From the human T2T-CHM13v2.0 reference genome, Homo sapiens: DNA of 64,000 nucleotides. The DNA is taken from NCBI RefSeq assembly GCF_009914755.1, contig NC_060943.1; one strand, written 5' to 3'. The position numbers and the translations under genes were made by a program. Below the pieces are notes generated by a model that saw only the letters and a list, made by a program, of their open reading frames with translations, was not told where the DNA came from and searched no databases. Of this stretch, positions 1 through 13,063 are shown piece after piece. Position 1 is the first letter of the stretch. Every line of letters starts with the position of its first letter.

Positions 1-235
1 ATAGTCTATTGTGTGCAGTAGCATTATGTCTAAAAAACAAAGGATGCACCTTAATTGTAAAATACTTTGCTTAAAAATTCTGACAGAGAAACAAAGTGAG
101 TATGTGTTATTGGAAAAATGGTGCTAGTAGACTTCATCAGTGGCCACAAACCTTCAATTTGTAATAACCTTCAATTTGTAATAAAAATAAAACCCCACAC
201 GTTATCTGCAAAGCACAATAAAATGAAGTATGTTA
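1..235. mobile_element. Tigger2-like DNA transposon fragment
   Basis: GTTATTGGAAAAATGGTGC...CCACAAACCTTCAATTTGTA...GCACAATAAAATGAAGTATG resembles the Tigger2 end (recognised by eye). Confidence 0.55.
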
Positions 236-329
236 CATGTTGATTTTCAGGAATTAGAAGAAAATGAGAGTATTGTTGTCATCGGAAATAAGAGGATTGT
301 TTTGCCAAGCTACTGAAAAAAAAAAAAAC

Positions 330-425
330 TTTCATTCCTTTGTCAACTGCAAGAATGGTAATATTTGACAAGAAAAACCCAACTTGTCAAATACTACGAT
401 TCTTGCAGTTGACAAAGGAATGAAA
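330..425. repeat. Near-perfect inverted repeat, 43-bp arms with 10-nt loop
   Basis: 330-372 is the reverse complement of 383-425 with 2 mismatches. Confidence 0.95.
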
Positions 426-430
426 AGTTA

Positions 431-824
<394 letters not shown>

Positions 825-2215
825 TCAAACATGTCTCTGCTCTGGATCCATAGGTGGCACAATTTTGCCAGTTTTTGATGCATAAATGGTGACAGTATCC
901 TTTAACAAAATTCCTAAAGTAGTCTTTTAAAAAAATAATTCTGAAAATCTGGCCAATGATAATACAGGACTCGGAAGAAAATACTACCCATTGAAATTGG
1001 AAAGCCTGTTTTCAATTTGGGGTCTGCTTTTTTTTTTTTTAATTGCTTTAAGAGATTAAGGATTTTAGACACAAACACGTCATAAAGTGTTTTTAGATTT
1101 GCATGAACCTACTGTGGTTTAGTATAAATAAACCCCTAACATGAGTGTTACAGATGCCTGTGAGGGTATCTTGGGGGTTTCTACACTGCCTACCCCAAAC
1201 CTGACTGCAGTCAGAGCCAACAGGGCCCCACGTAGGCAAAGGCTATGTCATTAATTCTCAAATGAGATTTGTCCAAGCGGGAAATGCACATCTAGTGCAG
1301 TAGTTTTAGGCCAGCCTTTTTCAGAGCCTCAGGCTCTGCCTGTCACCTTGAAGACATCCATGTGGGTCCCCTCAGGGCTTCTCTTTGCCATAAAAATAAA
1401 ATGATTGCTCCCACCAATGTTTGCGTCCATGGGAGAGGAGGTAGGAGCAGCAGTACTTGTCCTGTGTGTGGGAGACACTTGAAGGGCTCAGTGGGAATTG
1501 TCAGCAGCAGGGAACAGAACAGGTGGTGAGAAGAGTCATTCCACTGAGTTTCTGGGCCTTTGACTCCCTGAAACTTCCTTCTCCTCTATCCAACCTCCCT
1601 CTCCAGAAAAAAAAAAAAAAAATTTAAAAATGGAATCAGTGTAATCAGTGAAGTAGCTGTATTCCAGTGAACAAGCAGCCTGCCCTTGCATCTGCATGCA
1701 TGCAGCCTTGGCGTTTTCTCTAGAAAAAAGAGAGGTTCTACCTCGTGCATGAATACAGGTGGAGGCCAAGACCAGCATTAACAAAGGCTGTGTGTTTGCC
1801 ATGGAGCTCAGGAGGGCTAACAGTCATTTTACTTCTGCCTCCGACCATCACACTTTGTCCCCAGAACAAAGCCAAGAGTCCTTGGTCAATGAAAGTGTGT
1901 AAATATCCTCACACTTCCCCTAGTAGTTCCTTTTTAGGCTGTAATCATGTGCTAAAGAAAAGAACCTAACTTCTTAAAATCTTTCCCTTTTTGGATGTAG
2001 ATTGAAATTTTTGTTTTAAACACAATGGCCCTAATGTCTAAATCTAATGTTAGTAATTAATCCCTAGTGCTTTAAGGATCTTCTGTTTATAGGCAGTTAT
2101 TTTATGGAGCTGGTCTCTGTGAGAGGCACAGACTGCCAGGAGGGGTTGAGATTTCCTTTAACCAGGATTCTTAGTTCTGAATGGCTCTAGTGAATAACAT
2201 TAACAATGATTCTCT

Positions 2216-2505
<290 letters not shown>

Positions 2506-3099
2506 TTTAAAGTAATGATTATCTTAACCATTCTTAAATCCTTCTGTCTAGTAGGAATCTTATTCATGGGAGTGTCTGGAAAAGGGACAAAGAGCGGCTA
2601 TTGAGATTTTTTTAAAGCCTGGATTTGGGATGTCTGAACAGTGAATAACTCCAAAGCCATTTAAAAATCATCTTTTTTTCTACCACCGGACTGAGCTTTT
2701 CAGTTTTAATTCCAAGGTTCCAATCATATAGATGTGAATCAAACCCTGTTGGGCCAAACAGGATCGCCTTTGTTGGCGGATAATTTCAAGTGCTCACAGA
2801 GACCCTCCGTTTTTTTTTAAATACCTGGACTTAATTGTTTAAACTGGAGTCCGGACCAAAACATCTCTGACCTCGGGGGTCTTCCTTTGGTCAGGAAGAG
2901 GGGAGGGAGCAATTGGACCCCTTTCCCTCTGCGGCTGCAGAGTCCAATTTTCCTCTGGGGACATTTGCTTTTTCCCTTGGGGAAGACAGTACGGATTCTA
3001 GTTCTGTGGACTCTTTTACTTAGCTTTGAGACCCAAGCAAGTTAATTGGCTTGTGCCTCTTATTTTACTCTAATGCAATGAATAAAGACAGTCCCAGCC

Positions 3100-3560
3100 T
3101 TCGCCCTAAGGGAGCAGGAGCACCTGCGATGCCCCGTTCCCAAGTCCTCAGGGCGAATCCGCCAAATGTGCGAGCTGGGCAGCCCACCCCTTTCAGCTGC
3201 TGGCCGGAAGCGGAAGTGGGCGTCCGTCGCCTCGCCATCTCCCATAGCTGTCGCCTGCAGCTGAGAAAGGGTTGCTGTCCCAGCAGGCCAGGTCCAGGTG
3301 CGCCCCACTAGTGAGGCCGGCGGAATCGGGAGGGAAGGGGTCAAGGGCACAGTGCGCAGCCCCGGCTGCTCCAGACCTTGCCTGCAGCTTCCCGCCCCAG
3401 CCTCCGGCTATCGCGGCGTTTCTTCTCAGAGGCCGCCGGCTTTGGTTCCTCCCGGCACTGCTGGGCTTGGGGCTGCCATTCCGGGCATTGGTTCCCGGGA
3501 GGAGGCAAGTGGGTTCATGTGGTCAGAGTGCGTCGGCGGGGCCTTTTCTCCACTTTCTGT
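3100..3560 (+). promoter_or_regulatory. ZNF177: CpG-island promoter and non-coding exon 1 of ZNF177
   Basis: CpG-rich; tandem ETS/GABP motif CCGGAAGCGGAAGTG at 3204-3218; candidate donor CCAG|GTGCGC at 3297/3298; upstream of + strand KRAB exons. Confidence 0.8.
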
Positions 3561-4194
3561 ACCCTTCTCTTTAAACGTCCTCCCCAGTAGGAGACTATTT
3601 TTTCTCAAGAAAATGCTCTCTTGGACCTCACTTTCCGTTGTTAGAAGGCATATCTTGGGATGCGCGTTATTGGTTTGTGGAGATCGTCCCTTTTTTTCCC
3701 CTCTGTTATGTGGATGCACCCTAGTGCCTGATACACATTTGAGTTCCTATCTGAGTGGGCTTGTGCATGTTTTTTCGTATTTGTGGACTTAGGTCTTCAA
3801 GGTTTATTTTTGAAAGTCAAGTTGTTGGGTCAAAGCATAAATGAATGTGTAATTCCTAGGTATGACCAGATCCCCCTCTATGGGACTTGTGCTTTTTTGA
3901 GCCCTCAGGGTGTGTTTTGTATGCAGCAAGCAGCAGACCTTAGTTTTCAGTTTACCTGTAGTTTCTTTTGGATGTTTACATATTGACATATCGTTTATGA
4001 ATAAGAACTTTATTCTCCCTTTATAATCCTATTACGACCCACTCCTGCCCTACAAATTTACTGCCCTGCCTACAACCTCCGAAACATTAGAAGGAGCAAT
4101 CCTTGCTGCCTTCCAGGTCTCAGAAAGAAAGCTTTCAGCTTGTCACTACTTACATGTTTGCTATGTGTTTTTGATAGATTAAAGACATTCCCTT

Positions 4195-4360
4195 CTGTAA
4201 CAGCTTTATTGACATAAAATCATACATTTCATCTCATTTAAAGTGTATAAATCAGTGGTTTTTAGTATATTGAGTTGTGCAACCATGACTACAATCTAAC
4301 TCTAGAACATTTTCATTGCCCCAAAAGAGAATCCCATACTCATCAGCAGTTACTCCCCCA
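4195..4360 (-). mobile_element. Old L1M 3' end fragment (continues at about 6770-7235)
   Basis: CAGCTTTATTGACATAAAAT...TGTGCAACCATGAC...CCCATACTCATCAGCAGT is typical antisense L1M 3' UTR. Confidence 0.65.
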
Positions 4361-5074
4361 TGGTTGGCAAGTTTTTGGGCTCTATTCTTGAGTTTTTTTA
4401 TGTTGTCATACACCAGGTCAGATTGATTTAGGTAAAAACAACACTCTTCATTTAAGAATATACAGATGTTCTCCTTTTCCAGCAGTAAGTCAAGGCCTCG
4501 GCGGTTTTGGAGGACAACTGCAGCTAGAGTCAACTTGGGCCTGGAGGACTGATGAAGTTTGTGATATGACTGTGATGCTAGCAGAGAATTCATTAGAGAG
4601 ACTATGGAAGGTCCTGACAGAGGTTGAAATGCCTGCTATTCCAGTACCGAGAGCAATAGTGGAGGCAGAAAGTCTTAAACTGACAAGGGAATTAGTGGAA
4701 TAACTCTTTTTGTCGTGTCGGTGTCATGAGGGGAACAGGGAGCTCTTCAGTCCTATTTGCAAATTGCATTTTGAGAGTAAGGAAAACTAGTGTGCATGTG
4801 CCTGTCCAATTAGCAGGTAGACACATGTAGGTAGAGGATCCACAGAGGAAAAAGAGACCTTGTGCGAGGCAAAACTGGAGATGCAAAGTAAAAAGATGAG
4901 GAGTGCTGAAAGGGGTGTCTTGTACTTAGAATCCTAGGGATCCAGCTAGGGCAGCAGTCGTCAGAGGTTGTAATGGGGACTGATGAGGTAATTGCGTCGA
5001 GGGGGAGGTTCGATTTTCATGGTGTATGAGAAAACGTCGAGTATCTACAAGCAACCTTTCACTGTTATTTTCAG

Positions 5075-5161
5075 GGCTGGGTATAAGTAAGCAAGAAGAG
5101 GGCCTGGGAGAAGAGTCTGACGAGCAAGGGGAAGGTAGCCAAGGATGGAGTGAAATACAGG
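5075..5161 (+). other. ZNF177: Predicted ZNF177 5' UTR cassette exon from antisense HERV-H env
   Basis: Acceptor TGTTATTTTCAG| and donor AGG|GTAAGT enclosing 87 nt; ERV-derived 5' UTR exons have been described for ZNF177 (from memory). Confidence 0.7.
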
Positions 5162-5534
5162 GTAAGTGTCTTCCTAAGCAATAATTACTGCTAATGTTTT
5201 TAAGTTTGCCACTACTGATAGAGGGCTTGTCTGTAATATGGAGCTGGAAGGCTCCAATTGTTTCAGTGATGTGTGTAGTTGGGCTTTGGAGATGAAGAGT
5301 AAAGGAACATCGAGAAGGTGAAAGTTTACCTAGGGGAATTCCAGTGGGTCTTTGCTGAGAGATACATAAAGGAGCTGCCACAGGAATAGTAGTTTGTGTT
5401 GTGAGAGGTCTAAATATGGGGGGAGTAGAGTTGATATAAGGAGGAAGGTTTTAGGTCTTTAAGAACACAGGCTAAGGGAGAAGGGGGAATGGAGGGCAGA
5501 AGCTTGCCCATAGTGAAGGAGGCAAGCCCAGAAA

Positions 5535-5770
5535 AAAGAGAGAGTAGAGACATGGAGAGAAGGGGTGGGGGCTTCTTGTCCTCCAGAAAAGCAGAGAAGG
5601 GGTAGAGACACAGAGAGAAGGGACCGGGGGGTTCTTGCACCCCAGAAAAGTGGAGAAGGGCTAGAGATATGGAGAGAAGGGTTCAGGGGTTCTTGACCCC
5701 CAGAAAAGCGGAGAAGGGTAGACACATGGAGAGAAGGGGGTCAGGGGGTTCTTGCCCCCAGAAAAGCAGT
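5535..5770 (-). repeat. HERV-H leader tandem repeats (about 60-bp units)
   Basis: About 4 copies of GGAGAGAAGGGG...TTCTTG..CCCCAGAAAAG. Confidence 0.75.
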
Positions 5771-6121
5771 ACTTGCCGCTAAGGGTGAAGGACCAAGACA
5801 GGCATCCCCACGTGGTCAGACACCTCTGAAATGTGGGTGAATAATCAGGCAGGCGTCCCCGCATGATTAAACACCAAGGGAAGACTGTCTTCCCGAGTCC
5901 ATGACCGGCGCCGGAGTTTTGGGTCCATGGATAAAACACGTCTCCTGTCTACGAGAAAAGGAAAGGAACTGAAATTGAGAGAAGGGAGAGATTGAAGTGT
6001 GGCGCCAAGATTGAAATGAGAAAGAGGTTGAGGGATAGTAAGAGAGGTTGGAGAAGAGAGTAAAAAGAGGCCACTTACCTGATTTAAAACTGGATTGATG
6101 TTCCTTGGCTGGTCGGTCTGA

Positions 6122-6490
<369 letters not shown>

Positions 6491-6499
6491 GCCTCATTC

Positions 6500-6768
6500 C
6501 TTTTTTTAATGAGACAAGGTCTTTCTCTGTCACCCAGGCTGGAGTGCCGTGGTGCCCTCGACCTCCCTAGCTCGGCCTTCCACCTTAGCCTCCCGAGTAG
6601 GTAGGACCACAGGTGTGGGCCACCAAGCCTGGCTATTTTTTTAAATTTTTGGTAGAGATGAGATCTCACTGTGTTACCAGGCTGGTCTGAACTCCTGGGT
6701 TAATGTGATCCACCCACTACAGCCTCCCTAAGTGCTGAGGATTACAGGCATGAGTCACCATGCCTGGC
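6500..6768 (-). mobile_element. Alu (AluJ-like)
   Basis: Diverged antisense Alu. Confidence 0.85.
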
Positions 6769-7251
6769 CTTCATTTTCTATTGTCAAATGATAGTCCATT
6801 GTATGGATATACCACATTTTCATTTATCCGTTCATCGGTAGATAGACATTTGGGTTGTTTCTCCTTTTTGGCTAATATGAATAATGCTGCTGTGAATATT
6901 TCTCTTGGGTATATACCTAGGAGTGGAATGCCTTGTTCATGAGACGAACTTTTATATTTAATCTTCTGGTAAAATGCTAGGCTGTTTGCCAACGTGGCAG
7001 CACCACTTCCCACTTCACTCCCCTCCACAAAAAAACAAGAGAATTTCTCCACATCCTCATCCACACTTGTCTTTTTAATTACACTCACCTTAATGTGTGA
7101 AGTGGTATCTTAATGTGGTTTTGATTTGCATTTCCCTGGTGTCTAATGATGTTCAGCATCTTTTCATGTGCAGTTGACCTTTTTATCTTTAGAAAAATGT
7201 ACATTCAGATCATTTGCCCATCTTTGAATTGTGTTTTCAAAAGTCAGCTGA

Positions 7252-7553
7252 GGCTGGGCGTGGTGGCTCACGCCTGTAATCCCAGCACTTTGGGAGGCCC
7301 AGGCGGGCGGATCATGAGGTCAGCAGATCAAGACCATCCTGGCTAACACGGTGAAACCCCGTCTCTACTAAAAATACAAAAACATAGCTGGGTGTGGTGG
7401 CACGTGTCTGTAGTCCCAGCTACTTGGGAGGCTGAGGCAGGAGAATCACCTGAACCTGGCGAGGTTGCAGTGAGCAGAGATCACACCACTGCACTCCAGC
7501 CTGGGAAACAGACCAAGAGTGTCTCAAAAAAAAAATAAAAATAAAAATAAATA
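7252..7553 (+). mobile_element. Alu
   Basis: Alu consensus plus A-rich tail. Confidence 0.93.
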
Positions 7554-10407
7554 AGCTGGCTGAATTAAATTCAGCCCGAAAGTTTTCAGGTTGAAAAAAT
7601 TTATTTTTGAAATCATTATGTGATACTGGTTTTTATCACTTTGAGTTGATCATACAATTTTTCTTTTGCTCTATTAATGAAGCAAATTATATTGATTTTC
7701 TAATAGCAAGCATCTCTTGCATTCCTCTGGTAAACCTAACTTAATTCTGTTGTACTATATTTCCTATTTATTGACATTTTTTGTTTGGACTTATTTTCCT
7801 TAGAATATCTGAATCTATGTTGAAATTTGCCTATAATTTTGTTTACTTAAAGTGGCCTTGTCATGTTTGATATCAGTATGCCAATCTCAAAGAATATTCT
7901 TCCTTTTATACTCTTAATCACGGTAATCCCTTTGATAAGTTAAACTGTTTTGTGAAATTAGTTTAAAAGTGACCATATTTTTTTCCCTTGTAATATTGTA
8001 AACTGCTGTTAATAGAATAACCAAAGGCAAACATGACATTTTGAACCATACACAATTCTGGGGTTTGCATAAAGGCTATATTAAATAAAACCTTCCAGAT
8101 ACCCAGCTCTTGCCTATAGAGTGGATAAGTTATCTATACCTGAAATAATGCAAACATTAGTGACGAATTACATTGAAGTGTAGTTTAAGTAACCAGTCTT
8201 CATAAATATGCCTAATCTCTGGAATATTTTCATCCAGACTGGAATTCTTTCTTCTTTGAGTGGCATAACTGACTGATAAAGCCTTTGAGCATGGTGTTTT
8301 TTGGTGAAAACCTAAATAATCTAGTTTTGTTTTCTGTTTTAAAAGAATATCTGGGCAGTGAGTTAAGCTGGGAAGACCTAGCACCTTGCTGACGGGATCA
8401 GTCTAGATTCTTCTTTTATATTTTTTAAATTGTGGTAAAATACCTAAAGCCAAATTTGCCATTTTAATCATTTTTAAATGTACAAGTCAGTGGCATTCAT
8501 TGCATTCACAGTGTTACTCAACCATCACCAGCTAGTTCTTTTTATTGTAATTTCTACACAGTCAGTTTTGGTAAGTTGTATTTCTGTAGGAATCAATTTA
8601 TTTCCTGAAAGTTTTGAATTTGATTAAAGTTATTCATGTCTTGTTAATCTCTGCAACATTTGTAGTTGTGTTTTTCTCCTTTTGTCTTTGAAGAATTTTG
8701 CCCGATTTTTTTCCTAGTAGTTTTCAAAGAACCAGTTTGTAGCTTGAGTGATACTGTTGTTTTCTAGTTCATCATCGTATTTTCTGCTCTTCCCGTTCCA
8801 GCTGCTTAAGTTAATTTTTAAGTTCACTTCTTTTCTAATATAAACATATAAAGCTTATTTTTTTCCTAAGGACCAGTTTAGCTACATTCTACAAGTTGTG
8901 GTACTTAGAACTAATCAATAACCATAGTATTATGTATTTTCTAATTCAATTCTTTTATAAAAGCATAAGTTATTTGGAAGTGTGATGTTTTCTGAATTCC
9001 AAATGTGTTACTTTTTTCTGTTTGCTTGAAAAATATGAAACCACTAATATTCAACCATATTTTAAAACTACCAAAACACCCATTTCATATAGTTCAATGT
9101 AATCTCGTTATTAACTTCCAACTTAGTTACATTGTAATTAAGACATGTCAGAGAACATGTTTGTATACCAAATCTTTTTCTAAGTTTTAATTTTTGTGGG
9201 CACATAGTAGGTATATATATTTAAGGGGCCCATGAGATGTTTTATATACCAAATTTGGAAGGTTTAAGACTGGCTTTACAGTATATTCACCATACAGTAT
9301 GGTCAGTTTTTATAAACACTTCATGTGTGCTTCAAGAATCTATGTATACTCCATACATTCAGTAGTGTCCCTCAGTGTGCTAGATTAAGCATACTCATTG
9401 TGTTGTTCAAATCTTCATATCCTTTTTTTCATATGATCTTTCTATTGCTGAGCAGTGTTTGAAAGTCTTATAGTGATGATTTGTGTTATTTATCCTTTAA
9501 TTGTGCTAGCTTCTGCTTTATAAGTTTTATGAGACTAGAATTTTATATCTTCCTAATTGGTACTTTACATCCTCATGTCATTACCTCTAATAGTGCCTTT
9601 TGTCTCAAAATCTATGAAATTAATTTAGCAAACAAACTTTATTTTGGTTAATATTCACCTGGTATATCTTTCTTATTTTTGAGACTCAATTTTTATGTGT
9701 TGTTGTGGATTTTAGTGCATCTAATGAAATAACATAGAGCTAGTTTATCTTAATCTACCAGGACAGTCTGTTTTTAAACTGCAGAATTTAGCCCATCTGT
9801 ACACTTACTGTTATTGATACAGTCAGACATTTTTTACCATCTTACATTTTACATTGTGCTTTTCATTTGACCTATTTTTTTTTGTTTCATTTCCCTTATT
9901 TTTCTTACCTTTGGAATTGAGATTTTTTTTTAACCTAATTCCATTTTCTCTTCTAGACTGTGAGTTAAACTCACTATGTCCATCCTTTGAATTGTTACCC
10001 TAGCTATTTTATCATGCATACTTACAGTCTAAACCTAATCAATATTGTGAGTCCCCAGTGGAAGAATACAAGGAACATACTACTCAATCACCTCCTTCCC
10101 AATTTATATATTATTTAGTATTAGGATTGAGCTTATTTTTCCATGTCACGAATTTGGTATTATTACCATTTTATATAATAAAGGTTTGCTTAATTTTATC
10201 CATTTTACCTTTGTTCATTCTACTTAACATTTTGGGTCTTCCAGTTCCTATCTCCTGAAGTACTTTTAAGTTACTTCTGTGATGGTCTTTTTGGATGGGT
10301 AAGTTGTCTCAGGTCTTTATTTTAAAATGCCTTTATTTAACTCTCCATTTATTTTTCTTAAGCTTTTAATCATGAAAATTTTTAATTCTCCACAAAAGTA
10401 GAATAGT

Positions 10408-11080
<673 letters not shown>

Positions 11081-12749
11081 ATAATGAATTCTCATGTCCT
11101 TAACACCCAGCTTTGACAGTTACCAATATTTTGCACATCTTGCATCATCTAGCGCTGAGCTGTCCAATACAATAGCCACTAGCCTCATGTGGCTATTGAA
11201 GTTTAAATGCTCATTTCAAGTATTCAGTAGCTATCCGTACATGATTAGTGGTTACTGTATTAGATACTGCAAATAAATATTGAATAATGCTGGGTTTTCC
11301 CCCCAGATTTGTTTTTAAAGCAAATTCCAGACATCCTGTCATTTCATCAGTATATTACTAACTGTGCATCTCTAGTTGGTTCATCACCACTACTCCATTA
11401 TCCCACCTAACAAAGTCTGACGTTCCCTGATTGGCTACAGAATATCTTTTTACATTTGGTTTGTTCAAATGAGAATCTTAACAGGGTCCCAACATTTTTT
11501 TTTTATTTTAGACCCCTTAAGTTTCTATTGTGTCTGTTCTCTTCCTCCTCCCTTTTCATTTTTTTAATCCACTGATTTATTGAAGAAATAAAGTTATTTG
11601 TTCTTAAAATGTCCCACATCATATATGGATTTTGCTGACTGGTTTGTTTTCATTGCTTAACCTGGTTATCTTTGTATTTCTTATAAAGAGTAGTTAGATA
11701 GTTTGTCTAGCGTTTTAGGTTGATAAGTTATTTTTTTCTCAGCATACTGAAGACATTGTCCTGCTTTCTTCTGACGTCCATTGTTGCTGTTGAGATGTCA
11801 GCTATCAGTCTGTTTTTCCTTTTATAGGTGACCTGTGTTTTTCCCCTGGCTCCTTTGGAAATTATGGGAAAAAATCAAATACCAAGGAAGAAAAATCTAT
11901 AATGAAATTAGATGTGGATTTCTTTTTATGTATTCAGCTTGGGGGCTTATGATACTTCTAGTACCCAAAGGTTAGTGTCTTTCACTAATTCAAGAAAATT
12001 GCTAGGTTTTCATCTAATAGTGCGATCAAAGTTCTGATCTGGTAGTTAATACTGGCACTGAATTTCTCATTTCAGTGAGTTTATTTTTCATTTCTAAAAA
12101 TTGTTTTTTAAACTAACCATTTTATAGTATCTTAATCTATATCCATTCAAATTTTTATTAAGCTTTTATGTATTTTAAAATATATCTAAAAGGGTAATAT
12201 CCAAAGTGTTATGCTTTTTACCACCTGACACCTGTGTGTTAGCTATGTCTTACACATGGTACATTGTGTATTTGTGTTTCACAATTTCTTAAACTGTGCC
12301 TTCCTCAATTTACTTAGAACTTTGTATATAAGATTTTTTCTCAAGACCTGACTTAAAGTTGATTTTCCAGAGATAGGTCGATTTGCTTGCACTAGTTGCT
12401 TGGGGACAATGCCACTTAGGACCCTCTTTAAGTGAAATTATTCCCTTGAGGTTGTTTGAACTACAGAAATGAATTTGGACTGAAATCTAAAAGAGAGCAC
12501 TTGTGTATACAGATCCTCAAGAGAGATTTGCTTTTTATTATACCTGATGGGTACAGTTCCTTGCTTCACGCTTTCATATGGAAATTTTACTTTCTTTTTA
12601 AAAAACTGCTCACTATGGATTTTCAGTCATACCTAGGAATAGAGTGCTATAAAGCCACTATGTACCTACCACCCAGCTTCAATGATTGTCACCATTTTGC
12701 CATTCTTATTACATCTGTTCTCTCCCTTGCTTCCTTTCATCATTGAGCT

Positions 12750-13063
12750 TTCTTTTCCTTTTTTTTTTTTTTTTTTTTTTTTGAGATGGAGTCTTGCTCT
12801 GTCTCCCAGGCTGAGGTGCAGTGGCATGACCTCAGCTCACTGCAACTTCTGCCTCCCAGGTTCAAGCAATTCTCCTGCCTCCCCTCCCGAGTAGCTGGGA
12901 TTACAGGCACCTGCCACCACACCTGGCTAATTTTTGTATTTTTAATAGAGAAAGGGTTTCACCATGTTGTTCAGGCTGGTCTTGAACCTCCTGACCTCAA
13001 GCAATCCACCCACCTTGGCCTCCCAAAGTGCTGAGATGACAGGCGTGAGCCACCACACCCTGC
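12750..13063 (-). mobile_element. Alu
   Basis: Poly(T) followed by antisense Alu. Confidence 0.93.

Noticed and set aside
3051-3792. Overlapping ORFs up to 164 aa at the ZNF177 promoter (also 46804-47750)
   Set aside because: GC-rich islands have few stop codons; no recognisable domains
4252-5381. HERV-H env as a syncytin-like captured gene
   Set aside because: Split over several frames with stops, no signal peptide or membrane anchor
7915-8410. Unassigned non-L1-looking island inside old L1 sequence
   Set aside because: No TSD, poly(A), ORF or motif that I can support
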